Positions 1 to 7,777 of a stretch of DNA of 60,938 nt are shown here, piece after piece. How positions within the stretch are numbered: position 1 is the first letter of the stretch; each line of letters opens with the position of its first letter. The notes beneath the pieces were generated by a model, which was given only the letters and a program-made list of their open reading frames with translations, did no database searches and was not told the origin of the DNA. The position numbers and the translations under genes are program-made. Origin of the DNA: a virus; the IMG/VR virus record IMGVR_UViG_3300025577_000002, one strand, 5' to 3'.

Positions 1-127
1 GCGAATTGGTTTCGCTGCAAGTACAAATTCGGGTTCCAACCTTTCATCAGACTTCATCGTGCAGACCGCATCATCAGGTACTCCAGCAGAACGTATGCGA
101 ATCGACAGCTCGGGCAATGTCGGGATT
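1..127. repeat. terminal overlap copy A (identical to 60812-60938)
   Basis: Direct comparison shows nt 1-127 (gcgaattggtttcgctgcaag...aatgtcgggatt) repeated verbatim at the window end. This implies a circular or circularly permuted unit of 60,811 bp. 127 nt is a common assembler k-mer length. Confidence 0.9.
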
Positions 128-1288
128 GGCACGAGTTCTCCGAGTTCTGCATTAGAAGTAGTGGGCGGAGGGTCACTAGGGTCTGGATTTACACAATCAA
201 GAAGCGGGCACCCCACATTTGGCATTACCAATGGCGGAACTGATAGTGTTTATTTTTCCATAGCACCCGACGGTGGGTCTCAGCAAACATTTATGCAGGT
301 GCGCGATGATAATACGGACGTAAACTCGATAGCATTCAGCACGTCTGGATCGGAGAGAGTAAGAATCAACAGCGCGGGAAATGTCGGGATTGGTACGACC
401 TCTGCCACTGAGAAATTGTATGTTAATTCAACAAGCGGCGATGCGCGAATAGGCATTAACGCACCTACTGGCAGTGATACCGAAATAAAGTTTTCAAATA
501 ATGGATCTGTTGAATACTCTATTGGGCATGATGACAATACTGATAATTTTGTCATTGGTACAACAAACGTAGACAATCCAATATTGAGCGTTACTAAAGC
601 TGGCAATGTCGGGATTGGTACGAGTTCACCGGGAAATAAGTTTGTAGTCGCTGAAGGAACAAACCAGCATGGGGTAGAGATTGTACCCGGTTTCCTCAGC
701 TACATCCAAGCCTACGACAGGGCTACCTCCGACTACGGTGATCTAAAAATAGATTCCAAATCAATTGCTTTTGGGACTAATAATGGCTCGGAGCGTATGC
801 GAATCCAAGCAAACGGCGTATTATTGGTTGGCACTACTACACAAGGAGGCGTTGATGGTTGGACCTTATATCCGGCTGGTTCTGGAGCAGCACCCCTGCA
901 AGTGTTTAATAAGTCAAATACAAACTCGACTATTGCATTTAATTTTGAAGTTAATTCGTCTACTGTTGGTCAGATTACTTACCTTAGCACCGGGACTAAC
1001 TATACATCAATATCTGATGAACGACTCAAAGAAAATATCACTAACGCTGATGACGCGGGAAGTTTGGTGGATTCTATTCAGGTCCGCAAATTTAATTGGA
1101 AAGTTGATGGGTCCAGCCAAGACTACGGCGTGATTGCACAAGAGCTTGTTAAAGTTGCACCAGTAGCTGTTTCAGTGCCTGAAAACCCAGAAGACATGTT
1201 GGGTGTGGATTACGCAAAGCTTGTCCCAATGCTTATCAAAGAAGTTCAATCATTACGAGCGCGGGTTGCTGCGCTTGAATCAATTTAA
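2..1288 (+). CDS. tail fibre protein, C-terminal part with S74-type intramolecular chaperone (auto-cleaving) domain
   Basis: This is ORF track 59-1288, but the frame is open from nt 2 and joins the 58752 ORF. C-terminus ..YTSISDERLKENITNADDAGSLVDSIQVRKFNWK..IAQELVKVAPVAV..VDYAKLVPMLIKEVQSLRARVAALE matches the S-D-x-R-x-K chaperone-of-endosialidase signature (Ser codon 1013-1015). Confidence 0.85.
   Translation, partial: RIGFAASTNSGSNLSSDFIVQTASSGTPAERMRIDSSGNVGIGTSSPSSALEVVGGGSLGSGFTQSRSGHPTFGITNGGTDSVYFSIAPDGGSQQTFMQVRDDNTDVNSIAFSTSGSERVRINSAGNVGIGTTSATEKLYVNSTSGDARIGINAPTGSDTEIKFSNNGSVEYSIGHDDNTDNFVIGTTNVDNPILSVTKAGNVGIGTSSPGNKFVVAEGTNQHGVEIVPGFLSYIQAYDRATSDYGDLKIDSKSIAFGTNNGSERMRIQANGVLLVGTTTQGGVDGWTLYPAGSGAAPLQVFNKSNTNSTIAFNFEVNSSTVGQITYLSTGTNYTSISDERLKENITNADDAGSLVDSIQVRKFNWKVDGSSQDYGVIAQELVKVAPVAVSVPENPEDMLGVDYAKLVPMLIKEVQSLRARVAALESI
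92..145 (+). repeat. 54-bp perfect intragenic repeat of tail fibre (copy 1; partner 60417-60470)
   Basis: cgtatgcgaatcgacagctcgggcaatgtcgggattggcacgagttctccgagt is identical at both positions. Diverged copies lie near 355-400, 595-640, 59990, 60217 and 60603. Confidence 0.9.
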
Positions 1289-1302
1289 TTAAGGGAAACA
1301 CT

Positions 1303-1638
1303 ATGACCACATTCAACTGGACAATCTCAACACTAGAATACGACGTGCAGCCCGCCGATATGGAAGGCTGCGTTGTAACAGCCCATTGGCGGTGTAGTGC
1401 AACAGACACAGTGGCCGAAGTGGCCTATAATGCCAGTAGCTACGGCACCTGCGGTTTCTCGTCTGACCCGTCGGCCCCGGGCTATATCGCCTACGCGGAC
1501 CTGACGGAAGCAGATGTTTTGAGCTGGTGCTGGGAAGACGGCATCGACAAAGACGCTACGGAAGCCTCGTTGCAAGCTAATATCGACCTACAAATCAGCC
1601 CCGTAACGGCCAGTGGCACACCGTGGGCTACCGCTTAA
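1303..1638 (+). CDS. hypothetical protein downstream of tail fibre
   Basis: 111-aa ORF with ATG 14 nt after the fibre stop. No recognisable motif. Its position suggests a fibre accessory or assembly role. Confidence 0.5.
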   Translation: MTTFNWTISTLEYDVQPADMEGCVVTAHWRCSATDTVAEVAYNASSYGTCGFSSDPSAPGYIAYADLTEADVLSWCWEDGIDKDATEASLQANIDLQISPVTASGTPWATA

Positions 1639-1666
1639 CTAACCCCTAAAACGAGAGGAGATCAAC

Positions 1667-1885
1667 ATGTCCGAGAAAAAAACAAAGACTATTGCGATCA
1701 ACGGCACTGAGTACACCGAAGACCAACTGACCGATCAGCAAAAGGTTATCATTAACCATGTTGGCGATCTTGATCGAAAGATCAATTCTACCCAGTTTAA
1801 TCTGGACCAGTTAATGGTAGGCAAGCAGGCGTTTGTCGATATGCTTACCAAGTCTTTAGAAGAACCAATCGACGATAACGAGTGA
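1667..1885 (+). CDS. hypothetical protein (72 aa)
   Basis: ORF preceded by gagaggag RBS. Acidic, helical-looking sequence. Confidence 0.5.
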   Translation: MSEKKTKTIAINGTEYTEDQLTDQQKVIINHVGDLDRKINSTQFNLDQLMVGKQAFVDMLTKSLEEPIDDNE

Positions 1886-1941
1886 TAAAGTTCTTGCCGC
1901 ACGAGTTGCGGCGCGACTTATACCGCAACTAGGAGAACACC

Positions 1942-2103
1942 ATGGAACCTTTTTCAACAATTTACATCTTGGCTACATCTGTAGTGACGATCTGTTCGAT
2001 CGTCGCCAACTACACTGACACACCCAAAGATGACGCCATCGTAGCCAAAGCCTATAAGGTAATGGAAACATTCGCATTCTTGCGAAATAAAGCAAAAGAC
2101 TAA
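1942..2103 (+). CDS. small membrane protein, holin candidate (53 aa)
   Basis: Not in the ORF track (under 60 aa). AGGAG lies at 1931-1935. Translation is MEPFSTIYILATSVVTICSIVANYTDTPKDDAIVAKAYKVMETFAFLRNKAKD, with one N-terminal TM segment and a charged tail. It sits next to the endolysin-like gene. Confidence 0.45.
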   Translation: MEPFSTIYILATSVVTICSIVANYTDTPKDDAIVAKAYKVMETFAFLRNKAKD

Positions 2104-2118
2104 AATGTAGGAGATACG

Positions 2119-2352
2119 ATGGACATGGGCTTATTGTGGAGTGGGGTGCTTACCGTCATTCTAGGAGTGATAAGCTGGGCACTGCGCAGTTTCCTAGCCG
2201 AGATGCAGCGAATCCAGATCCTACTCAACAGAACCCGAGAAGAGATGGCGCGCGAGTATGTCACTAAAGCTGAGGTTAACACCGACATAGACAGGGTGCT
2301 GGATCGTCTGGATCGATTAGACGAGAAGCTAGATCGCCTCATGGCCCGATAA
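2119..2352 (+). CDS. membrane-anchored coiled-coil protein (holin or i-spanin-like, 77 aa)
   Basis: AGGAGA RBS upstream. N-terminal TM segment (LLWSGVLTVILGVISWAL) followed by a charged heptad-like region (DRVLDRLDRLDEKLDRLMAR). Confidence 0.5.
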   Translation: MDMGLLWSGVLTVILGVISWALRSFLAEMQRIQILLNRTREEMAREYVTKAEVNTDIDRVLDRLDRLDEKLDRLMAR

Positions 2353-2513
2353 TGGGGGACGTTAGCATACTTGAAATAATTCCAGCAATTTGGCCCATCG
2401 CAGTGGGCTTTGTTGGTTTGATTTTCTGGCTGGCGAAGAGCTACGCGGACATCGAGACTCTTAAAGAGAAAGTAAAAGTCCTCTACGACCTGTACAATAA
2501 AGACAAGAAGTAA
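2352..2513 (+). CDS. small membrane protein (53 aa), lysis-cassette member
   Basis: Not in the ORF track. Its ATG overlaps the previous TAA (TAATG). Translation is MGDVSILEIIPAIWPIAVGFVGLIFWLAKSYADIETLKEKVKVLYDLYNKDKK, with one TM segment and no Cys, so it is not a lipoprotein. Confidence 0.45.
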   Translation: MGDVSILEIIPAIWPIAVGFVGLIFWLAKSYADIETLKEKVKVLYDLYNKDKK

Positions 2514-2529
2514 GCAATCTGGAGTTGAT

Positions 2530-2985
2530 ATGAGTTTAAAGCGCGACGAATGGCCAGCTAAAGCGATTGGATTTATGGCTGATGAAGTTATCGAGATGGC
2601 TCAAGAGATCCGTAAGATCTGCAATACCGCGATGGTGCCAAGCCCTGACCCGGAAGCCCATGTGCGTTTCACCGGTGGATCTAGTCTCCATTGTGTCGGC
2701 GCTGACGGCGGACTCAAATCGCAGGCCACAGATCTGTTCCTGCTCGACAATTCAGCATCCGCAAGGGTCTGGGCAGCAGTTCAATCTGTCGCAGGCGTTG
2801 GTGGCTTTGGTATGTATTTTGACACGCATCTTGGTGGCGAGAAACAGGTGCTAATCCACGTTGATACTCGTACCGAACGGTTACTGTGGCTGTGCCCAGA
2901 TGAGCCTAAGCGCAGATACGTTTATTACAATAACAACCCAGTTTATTTCCTGAATCTGTTATCTAAAGAGCTGGCCAAGCTATGA
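2530..2985 (+). CDS. peptidase M15-like zinc peptidoglycan peptidase (endolysin candidate)
   Basis: ..SSLHCVGADGGLKSQATDLF.. and ..GGFGMYFDT..VLIHVDTR.. resemble the H-x(n)-D ... GG-x-G-x-Y ... H-x-D metal-ligand pattern of M15A/VanY-fold phage endolysins. It directly follows three small TM proteins. Confidence 0.55.
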   Translation: MSLKRDEWPAKAIGFMADEVIEMAQEIRKICNTAMVPSPDPEAHVRFTGGSSLHCVGADGGLKSQATDLFLLDNSASARVWAAVQSVAGVGGFGMYFDTHLGGEKQVLIHVDTRTERLLWLCPDEPKRRYVYYNNNPVYFLNLLSKELAKL

Positions 2986-3037
2986 TACTGACCGGCCTTG
3001 AGGCGTTTGTCGACGGCCCCCACTTTGAATTGCGAGG

Positions 3038-3253
3038 ATGCTGATGAAAACCTTAGTAACTGCACGAGACGTTGACTCCGGTGTCGAACCGACCCACACG
3101 ATAGAAGTTATCTGTGCGAACTGCGAATACGACCTAGATGAATCTGAGATATCAGCCGATACTTGTGCTGATTGCGGGCAACCGCTTAATTTAAAGCAGA
3201 GTGTGACCCTCGCGATTACCTCTCTCCCGCCAATATTTGGCGACGCTACGTAG
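3038..3253 (+). CDS. zinc-ribbon protein (CxxC...CxxC)
   Basis: 71-aa ORF containing ..CANCEYDLDESEISADTCADCGQ... The alternative ATG at 3044 has better GAGGA spacing. Confidence 0.45.
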   Translation: MLMKTLVTARDVDSGVEPTHTIEVICANCEYDLDESEISADTCADCGQPLNLKQSVTLAITSLPPIFGDAT

Positions 3254-3261
3254 GTGCCCAC

Positions 3262-5118
3262 ATGCCTCTTCAAAAGATACTATTTAAACCCGGTGTAAAC
3301 CGGGAACGTACCAGCTACTCCAACGAAGGTGGTTGGTATGAATGTGACAAAGTTCGGTTTCGTCAAGGCTTACCAGAGAAAATTGGTGGTTGGGAGCGTA
3401 TATCGAGCACTACCTACCTAGGCGTATGTCGGTCTTTGTGGAATTGGGTTACGTTAGGTAGCATTAACTTACTCGGTGTGGGTACCAACCTAAAGTTTTA
3501 CTTAGAAGAGGGTGGCGGCTACAACGACATTACACCGCTACGCGCCACTACCGCTGCGGGGGATGTAACCTTTGCGGCTACAAATGGTAGCGCGGTACTG
3601 ACTATATCCGATGTTGGACATGGAGCTACCGCAGGAGATTTTGTTACTTTCAGTGGCGCAGTGTCTCTCGGGGGTAACATTACCGCAGATGTGCTCAACC
3701 AAGAATATCAAGTTGATGCGCTAATCGACTCCAGCAGCTACACAATAGTAGCGGTAGCTACTGCGAACGGGTCTGACGTAGGCAACGGTGGGAGTTCAAC
3801 AGTAGGCGCGTACCAAATCCATGTCGGTGCTGCATACGCAATCCCACTTTCTGGTTGGGGCGCGGGTACTTGGGGCGGCGGCGTTTGGGGTACGGGACTG
3901 GTATCAACAGAGAGTATCCGCCTGTGGAGCCAAGCTAACTTTGGTGAGGATCTAATCTTTGGCCCTCGTGGTGGTGCCATGTATTATTGGGACGCGACGG
4001 CAGGTACAGGATCTCGCGCGACGCTTCTAACAGGTTCAGGCATCCCGACAAGCCAGAACTTAATCGAGATCTCTGACATCAGTCGTTTTGTGTTTGCTTT
4101 CGGTGCGAATGAGCTTTCTTCTGCCACCCTAAACCCAATGCTTGTGCGCTGGTCGGACCAAGAAGATCCTACAAACTGGACCCCCGCAGCGACAAACCAA
4201 GCAGGTAGTATAGTTTTATCGCGGGGCACGATGATCGTGGCCGCCAAACAGTCGCGCCAAGAGATCCTTGTTTGGACTGATTCTGCCGTATACTCCTTAC
4301 AGTACGTAGGAGCACCTGTTGTTTGGGGCGCACAATTAGTAGGAGAGAACATATCCATAGCGAGCCAGAACGCTGTAGCCTATGCCAACGGTATCGCATA
4401 CTGGATGGGTAAAGATAAGTTCTACAAGTACGATGGGCGTACACAACCACTACCTTGTGACTTGCGTAGACACATATTCTCTGACTTTAACGTACAGCAA
4501 TACGACCAAGTATTTGCGGGTACCAACGAGTCTTTCCACGAGGTTTGGTGGTTCTACTGTGCCACAAACCAGACCGATATTGGTAAGTATGTAGTCTATA
4601 ACTACCTCGAAAATACATGGTATTATGGCACTATGTCTCGTACAGCGTGGCTAGATTCTGGGCTGCGTAACTTCCCGCTTGCTGCTACCTATAGTAATAA
4701 TCTGGTTAATCAGGAGTCAGGAACTGACGATAACGAAACGGCTACTACGCTACCGATTGCCGCGTCAATATCCTCATCGCAGTTTGACTTAGGCGATGGG
4801 CATCAGTTCTCGTTTGTATGGCGTATACTGCCCGACGTTACGTTCGTAGGTTCTACGGCGGCGGCTCCCGCAGCTACCATGACTTTGCTCCCGTTAGCGA
4901 ACTCAGGATCAGGGTATAACGACCCGCTATCGCAGGGGGGTAGTAGTTCTGGCACCGTAACACGTAGTACTGTGTTACCGATAGAACAGTACACAGGGCA
5001 GTTGAACACGCGTGTACGTGGTAGGCAGCTTGCAGTCAAGATCGAGTCTACTGGGCTGGGCGTTACATGGCAGTTCGGCACACCTCGCATAGATATGCGA
5101 CCGGATGGGAGACGGTAA
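3262..5118 (+). CDS. virion tail-associated structural protein (618 aa)
   Basis: Long ORF in the late arm. The N-terminus KPGVNRERTSYSNEGGWYECDKVRFRQGLPEKIGGWERI is a pattern I associate with podovirus tail proteins (from memory only). The body is Gly/Trp-rich and beta-looking. Confidence 0.5.
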   Translation: MPLQKILFKPGVNRERTSYSNEGGWYECDKVRFRQGLPEKIGGWERISSTTYLGVCRSLWNWVTLGSINLLGVGTNLKFYLEEGGGYNDITPLRATTAAGDVTFAATNGSAVLTISDVGHGATAGDFVTFSGAVSLGGNITADVLNQEYQVDALIDSSSYTIVAVATANGSDVGNGGSSTVGAYQIHVGAAYAIPLSGWGAGTWGGGVWGTGLVSTESIRLWSQANFGEDLIFGPRGGAMYYWDATAGTGSRATLLTGSGIPTSQNLIEISDISRFVFAFGANELSSATLNPMLVRWSDQEDPTNWTPAATNQAGSIVLSRGTMIVAAKQSRQEILVWTDSAVYSLQYVGAPVVWGAQLVGENISIASQNAVAYANGIAYWMGKDKFYKYDGRTQPLPCDLRRHIFSDFNVQQYDQVFAGTNESFHEVWWFYCATNQTDIGKYVVYNYLENTWYYGTMSRTAWLDSGLRNFPLAATYSNNLVNQESGTDDNETATTLPIAASISSSQFDLGDGHQFSFVWRILPDVTFVGSTAAAPAATMTLLPLANSGSGYNDPLSQGGSSSGTVTRSTVLPIEQYTGQLNTRVRGRQLAVKIESTGLGVTWQFGTPRIDMRPDGRR

Positions 5119-6251
5119 TGGCTTTAATTATTACTTCTGAAGAAGAGCTTAACCAGCTCGCACCGCCAGCATTACCGCTGGCTACAGAACAGTACAGTCG
5201 CCAATACCAAGACCAACTTAACAATGTTTTGCGTCTGTATTTTAACCGTATCACCGCCCTACAGCAGCAGTTAAGCTGGGGGCAGAGCGTTGACTATATA
5301 GATTTTTCGCTCACCACTGCGGCCCCCCATAAAACAGGGCGGGTAGACTGGGATCAAGATGATGCAACTCTTGAAATCGACATGGATTACGGGGTTGTAC
5401 AACAGGTAGGGCAGGAGACTTTCGTTCGGGTGCAAAACGAAACTGGGGTAACTATCCCTAACGGCACAGTTGTCGGTTCCGTTGATGCTTCCGATGACGC
5501 GCTAATAGTAACCCCATATATCGCCGACGGATCTCGGGATACCCTCTCTGTTTTGGGGGTTGTGACCCATGATTTACCCGACGCAGGTACAAAAGGGTAC
5601 TGTACTACTTTGGGGTTCGTGCGTGAGGTAGATACAAGCGCGTTCAGTCTGGGGGATGTCATTTATGCTTCACCTAGCACTGCCGGAGCTTTCACTAACG
5701 TCAAACCCACGGCACCCGCTAATGTCGTACCGATCGCGCAAGTGATTAAAGTAGGCTCTACTGACGGTATTATATTCGTTCGCCCCATCATCGAGCAACA
5801 AGAGTACTACGGCACATTCGTCCAAACCATAAGCTACACCCCTGCGGTAATAAACACTGCGTACGCAATTCCGTTTGACACCACTTCAATTGCCACCGGT
5901 TTCTCTATAGGTACCCCGACGTCTCGCATCGTCTCCGCTAATTCTGGGCTATATAGCGTGTCGGCCACATTGCAGTATATTAGCTCTAATGCGGCCAACA
6001 AGACTGTCTACTCATGGATCCGTAAGAATGGTACAGATATCGCCGACTCGTGCCGCATTATTGGCATCACGGGTAACGGCTCTTATCGCTCGGTGGTTGT
6101 CCACGAGTCAGTGTCTTTAGATCCCGGAGAATACGTAGAGATCATGTTTGCGGTAACAGACCTCAGCGTTACCCTCGTTGCCGTTGCACCAACTGCATTT
6201 GCCCCCGGCGCTCCCGGCACTAACTTGGTAATTGAGCAGGTACAGCAGTAG
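5118..6251 (+). CDS. tail fibre/receptor-binding-like protein with C1q/TNF-like jelly-roll C-terminus (377 aa)
   Basis: The true start is probably ATG 5118, overlapping the previous TAA (TAATG); the track ORF starts at 5067. The C-terminal about 130 aa (..FDTTSIATGFSIG..SGLYSVSATLQY..VYSWIRKNGTDI..LDPGEYVEIMF..) has the spacing of C1q-like receptor-binding heads. Confidence 0.5.
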   Translation: MALIITSEEELNQLAPPALPLATEQYSRQYQDQLNNVLRLYFNRITALQQQLSWGQSVDYIDFSLTTAAPHKTGRVDWDQDDATLEIDMDYGVVQQVGQETFVRVQNETGVTIPNGTVVGSVDASDDALIVTPYIADGSRDTLSVLGVVTHDLPDAGTKGYCTTLGFVREVDTSAFSLGDVIYASPSTAGAFTNVKPTAPANVVPIAQVIKVGSTDGIIFVRPIIEQQEYYGTFVQTISYTPAVINTAYAIPFDTTSIATGFSIGTPTSRIVSANSGLYSVSATLQYISSNAANKTVYSWIRKNGTDIADSCRIIGITGNGSYRSVVVHESVSLDPGEYVEIMFAVTDLSVTLVAVAPTAFAPGAPGTNLVIEQVQQ

Positions 6252-6266
6252 CCTACCATCTAACCG

Positions 6267-6278
6267 CTAACTAGTTAG
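6267..6278. repeat. 12-bp perfect palindrome CTAACTAGTTAG
   Basis: It uses the same CTAAC/GTTAG half-sites as the 17-bp early-arm motif, but everted. An extra CTAAC lies at 6260-6264. It is located just upstream of the putative promoter of the ACP-KS cassette. Confidence 0.6.
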
Positions 6279-6287
6279 GGTGCGAAG

Positions 6288-6315
6288 TTGCTCCTGCTAA
6301 CGTTTTGTTTATACT
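6288..6315 (+). promoter_or_regulatory. weak sigma70-like promoter candidate upstream of ACP gene
   Basis: TTGCTC (6288-6293), 16-nt spacer, TATACT (6310-6315), in the only sizeable intergenic gap (93 nt) of this part of the late arm. Confidence 0.25.
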
Positions 6316-6344
6316 AGAAAGTCCCTATTAGCAGGCGCGACAAC

Positions 6345-6662
6345 ATGACTAAATTGTTTGATTTCCTTGAAGTATTTAACGCCGTATCAGCGGCGCAGAA
6401 AGCAGTAACGGCAGATTATATTGTGGCCGAATCCCTTGATGTACCTATAACTGAAGACGCGACAAACCTCGACAGCCTAGATGTCACATTGATCTTCTTC
6501 GTACTAGGCGAAGCCTATGGTATTCCCGGAGGCGAGGAGATGGATGCGCTTTGGCCGATTAGCTCAATTGGTGCGCTGAATACCTTCTTGCAAGAGTACA
6601 AAACTAAAGACCCTGAGAGCGAATACGACAATGTTAAAGCCTTAGTTAAGGACTTATCATGA
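6345..6662 (+). CDS. acyl carrier protein-like (105 aa)
   Basis: ..EDATNLDSLDVTLIFFVLGEAYGIP.. matches the ACP D-S-L-D phosphopantetheine-attachment helix. The candidate is Ser44, codon 6474-6476. Size and acidity fit an ACP. Confidence 0.7.
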   Translation: MTKLFDFLEVFNAVSAAQKAVTADYIVAESLDVPITEDATNLDSLDVTLIFFVLGEAYGIPGGEEMDALWPISSIGALNTFLQEYKTKDPESEYDNVKALVKDLS

Positions 6663-7777
6663 TATACCTCACGAAATGCAATACCGTATGCACTACAGAA
6701 ACGAAGCTTATCGCGGACATCCCACACCCTCAACATGCGCATATAATCCCTGAGACATTTAGACGCGCTAAAAGCGGGATGAAGTACCCACCCCATACGC
6801 TTCTTGAAAGTCTGGTCGATGAAGACACCATTAGCTACGTACGAGACAACCCCGTGCAAGGTAAGACTGGGTTTATATTCGCTGCGGGTAACCAAGGCTG
6901 GATGGGTAACAACGGACGGTATGACAAGGATCCTGAAGCTGAACTGCATTACAAAGTAAAAGTACCCTTTATAGTCCTAACCAACATATATGCTGGCCGT
7001 ATCGCCAGTATGTTCGGGGTACATGACCATGTGTCAACAGACGCTAGCGCCTGCGCTTCCAGCTTAAAAGTCCTCATGGATGTACAGAACCTGATGAACA
7101 ATTTCGGGTTTGACCGCGTTATCGTGCTTACTGGGGAAGATGCCGTTAACAACCTGACGCTAGGGTTCTTTGGCGAAGCTGGAGCGAGTCTACAGTATAA
7201 AGACGAGACCGAACGACAGCCGTCGGCTTTTGACACTACAAATCAAGGGTTCTTTCTGGGGCAGGGTGCGGCGTTAGCTATATTTGAGAAGGAACATCCC
7301 GGAATGCCTACGCCGATGGCTAAATTTCTAGGGGCCTACACCTCCGCAGAGGACAACACAAACCCGTTAGGACAAAGAGCGGATGGATCGGGTTTTAGTA
7401 AAGCTATCGAAGGTGCATTATTTGTAGCCAAAGCACACCAAAATGAAGTAAGATTGGTGAAGACGCATGGAACTGGTACTCCAGTCAACAATGCTGCGGA
7501 AAAATCGGCACTATTGAATAGCTTAGACGAGTTTATTGCAACATCGTATAAACCTCGTATTGGGCATACTATGGGTGCGAGCGGCTTATTGGAGACTGGA
7601 TTGTTGTTAAAAGACCTGAAAAAAGGCTATGTGCCTAAAATCCTTAACAGAACGCAGGACGACCCTGTGTTCCTGTCTGCTGATGCCCCCGCTCCCGGAG
7701 GGCTAATGCTCAGTCTCGCCGCCGGTATGGGCAACATCTACTCCGCTGCCGTGTTTTCGCCGGAGGTAAGCTCATGA
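6659..7777 (+). CDS. beta-ketoacyl synthase (FabB/F or PKS KS-type, Cys-His-His), 372 aa
   Basis: DASAC132ASSL (Cys codon 7052-7054), KTH270GTGTPVNNAAE and SYK299PRIGH303TMGASG occur in canonical order and spacing. A C-terminal ..LSLAAGMGNIYSAAVF resembles the GFGG-N motif. The start overlaps the ACP stop (ATGA). Confidence 0.8.
   Translation: MIYLTKCNTVCTTETKLIADIPHPQHAHIIPETFRRAKSGMKYPPHTLLESLVDEDTISYVRDNPVQGKTGFIFAAGNQGWMGNNGRYDKDPEAELHYKVKVPFIVLTNIYAGRIASMFGVHDHVSTDASACASSLKVLMDVQNLMNNFGFDRVIVLTGEDAVNNLTLGFFGEAGASLQYKDETERQPSAFDTTNQGFFLGQGAALAIFEKEHPGMPTPMAKFLGAYTSAEDNTNPLGQRADGSGFSKAIEGALFVAKAHQNEVRLVKTHGTGTPVNNAAEKSALLNSLDEFIATSYKPRIGHTMGASGLLETGLLLKDLKKGYVPKILNRTQDDPVFLSADAPAPGGLMLSLAAGMGNIYSAAVFSPEVSS

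Noticed and set aside
1-127. The 127-nt identity between the window start and end could be a biological direct terminal repeat.
   Set aside because: Its length equals a standard assembler k-mer. It falls in the middle of an open reading frame that reads through the junction, and no terminus-like features flank it. An assembly overlap of a circular or permuted genome is the most parsimonious reading. Real termini need read-level analysis.
1896-1912. The hairpin gccgca-cgagt-tgcggc after the 72-aa gene could be a terminator.
   Set aside because: It is a short 6-bp stem with no following T-tract, and the next gene's RBS follows within 20 nt. At most it is a weak pause or stability element.
5067-5117. 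The track gives an upstream start (5067) for the 394-aa version of the tail protein.
   Set aside because: That start lies inside the preceding 618-aa gene. ATG 5118 overlaps its TAA (TAATG coupling), the pattern used throughout this genome.
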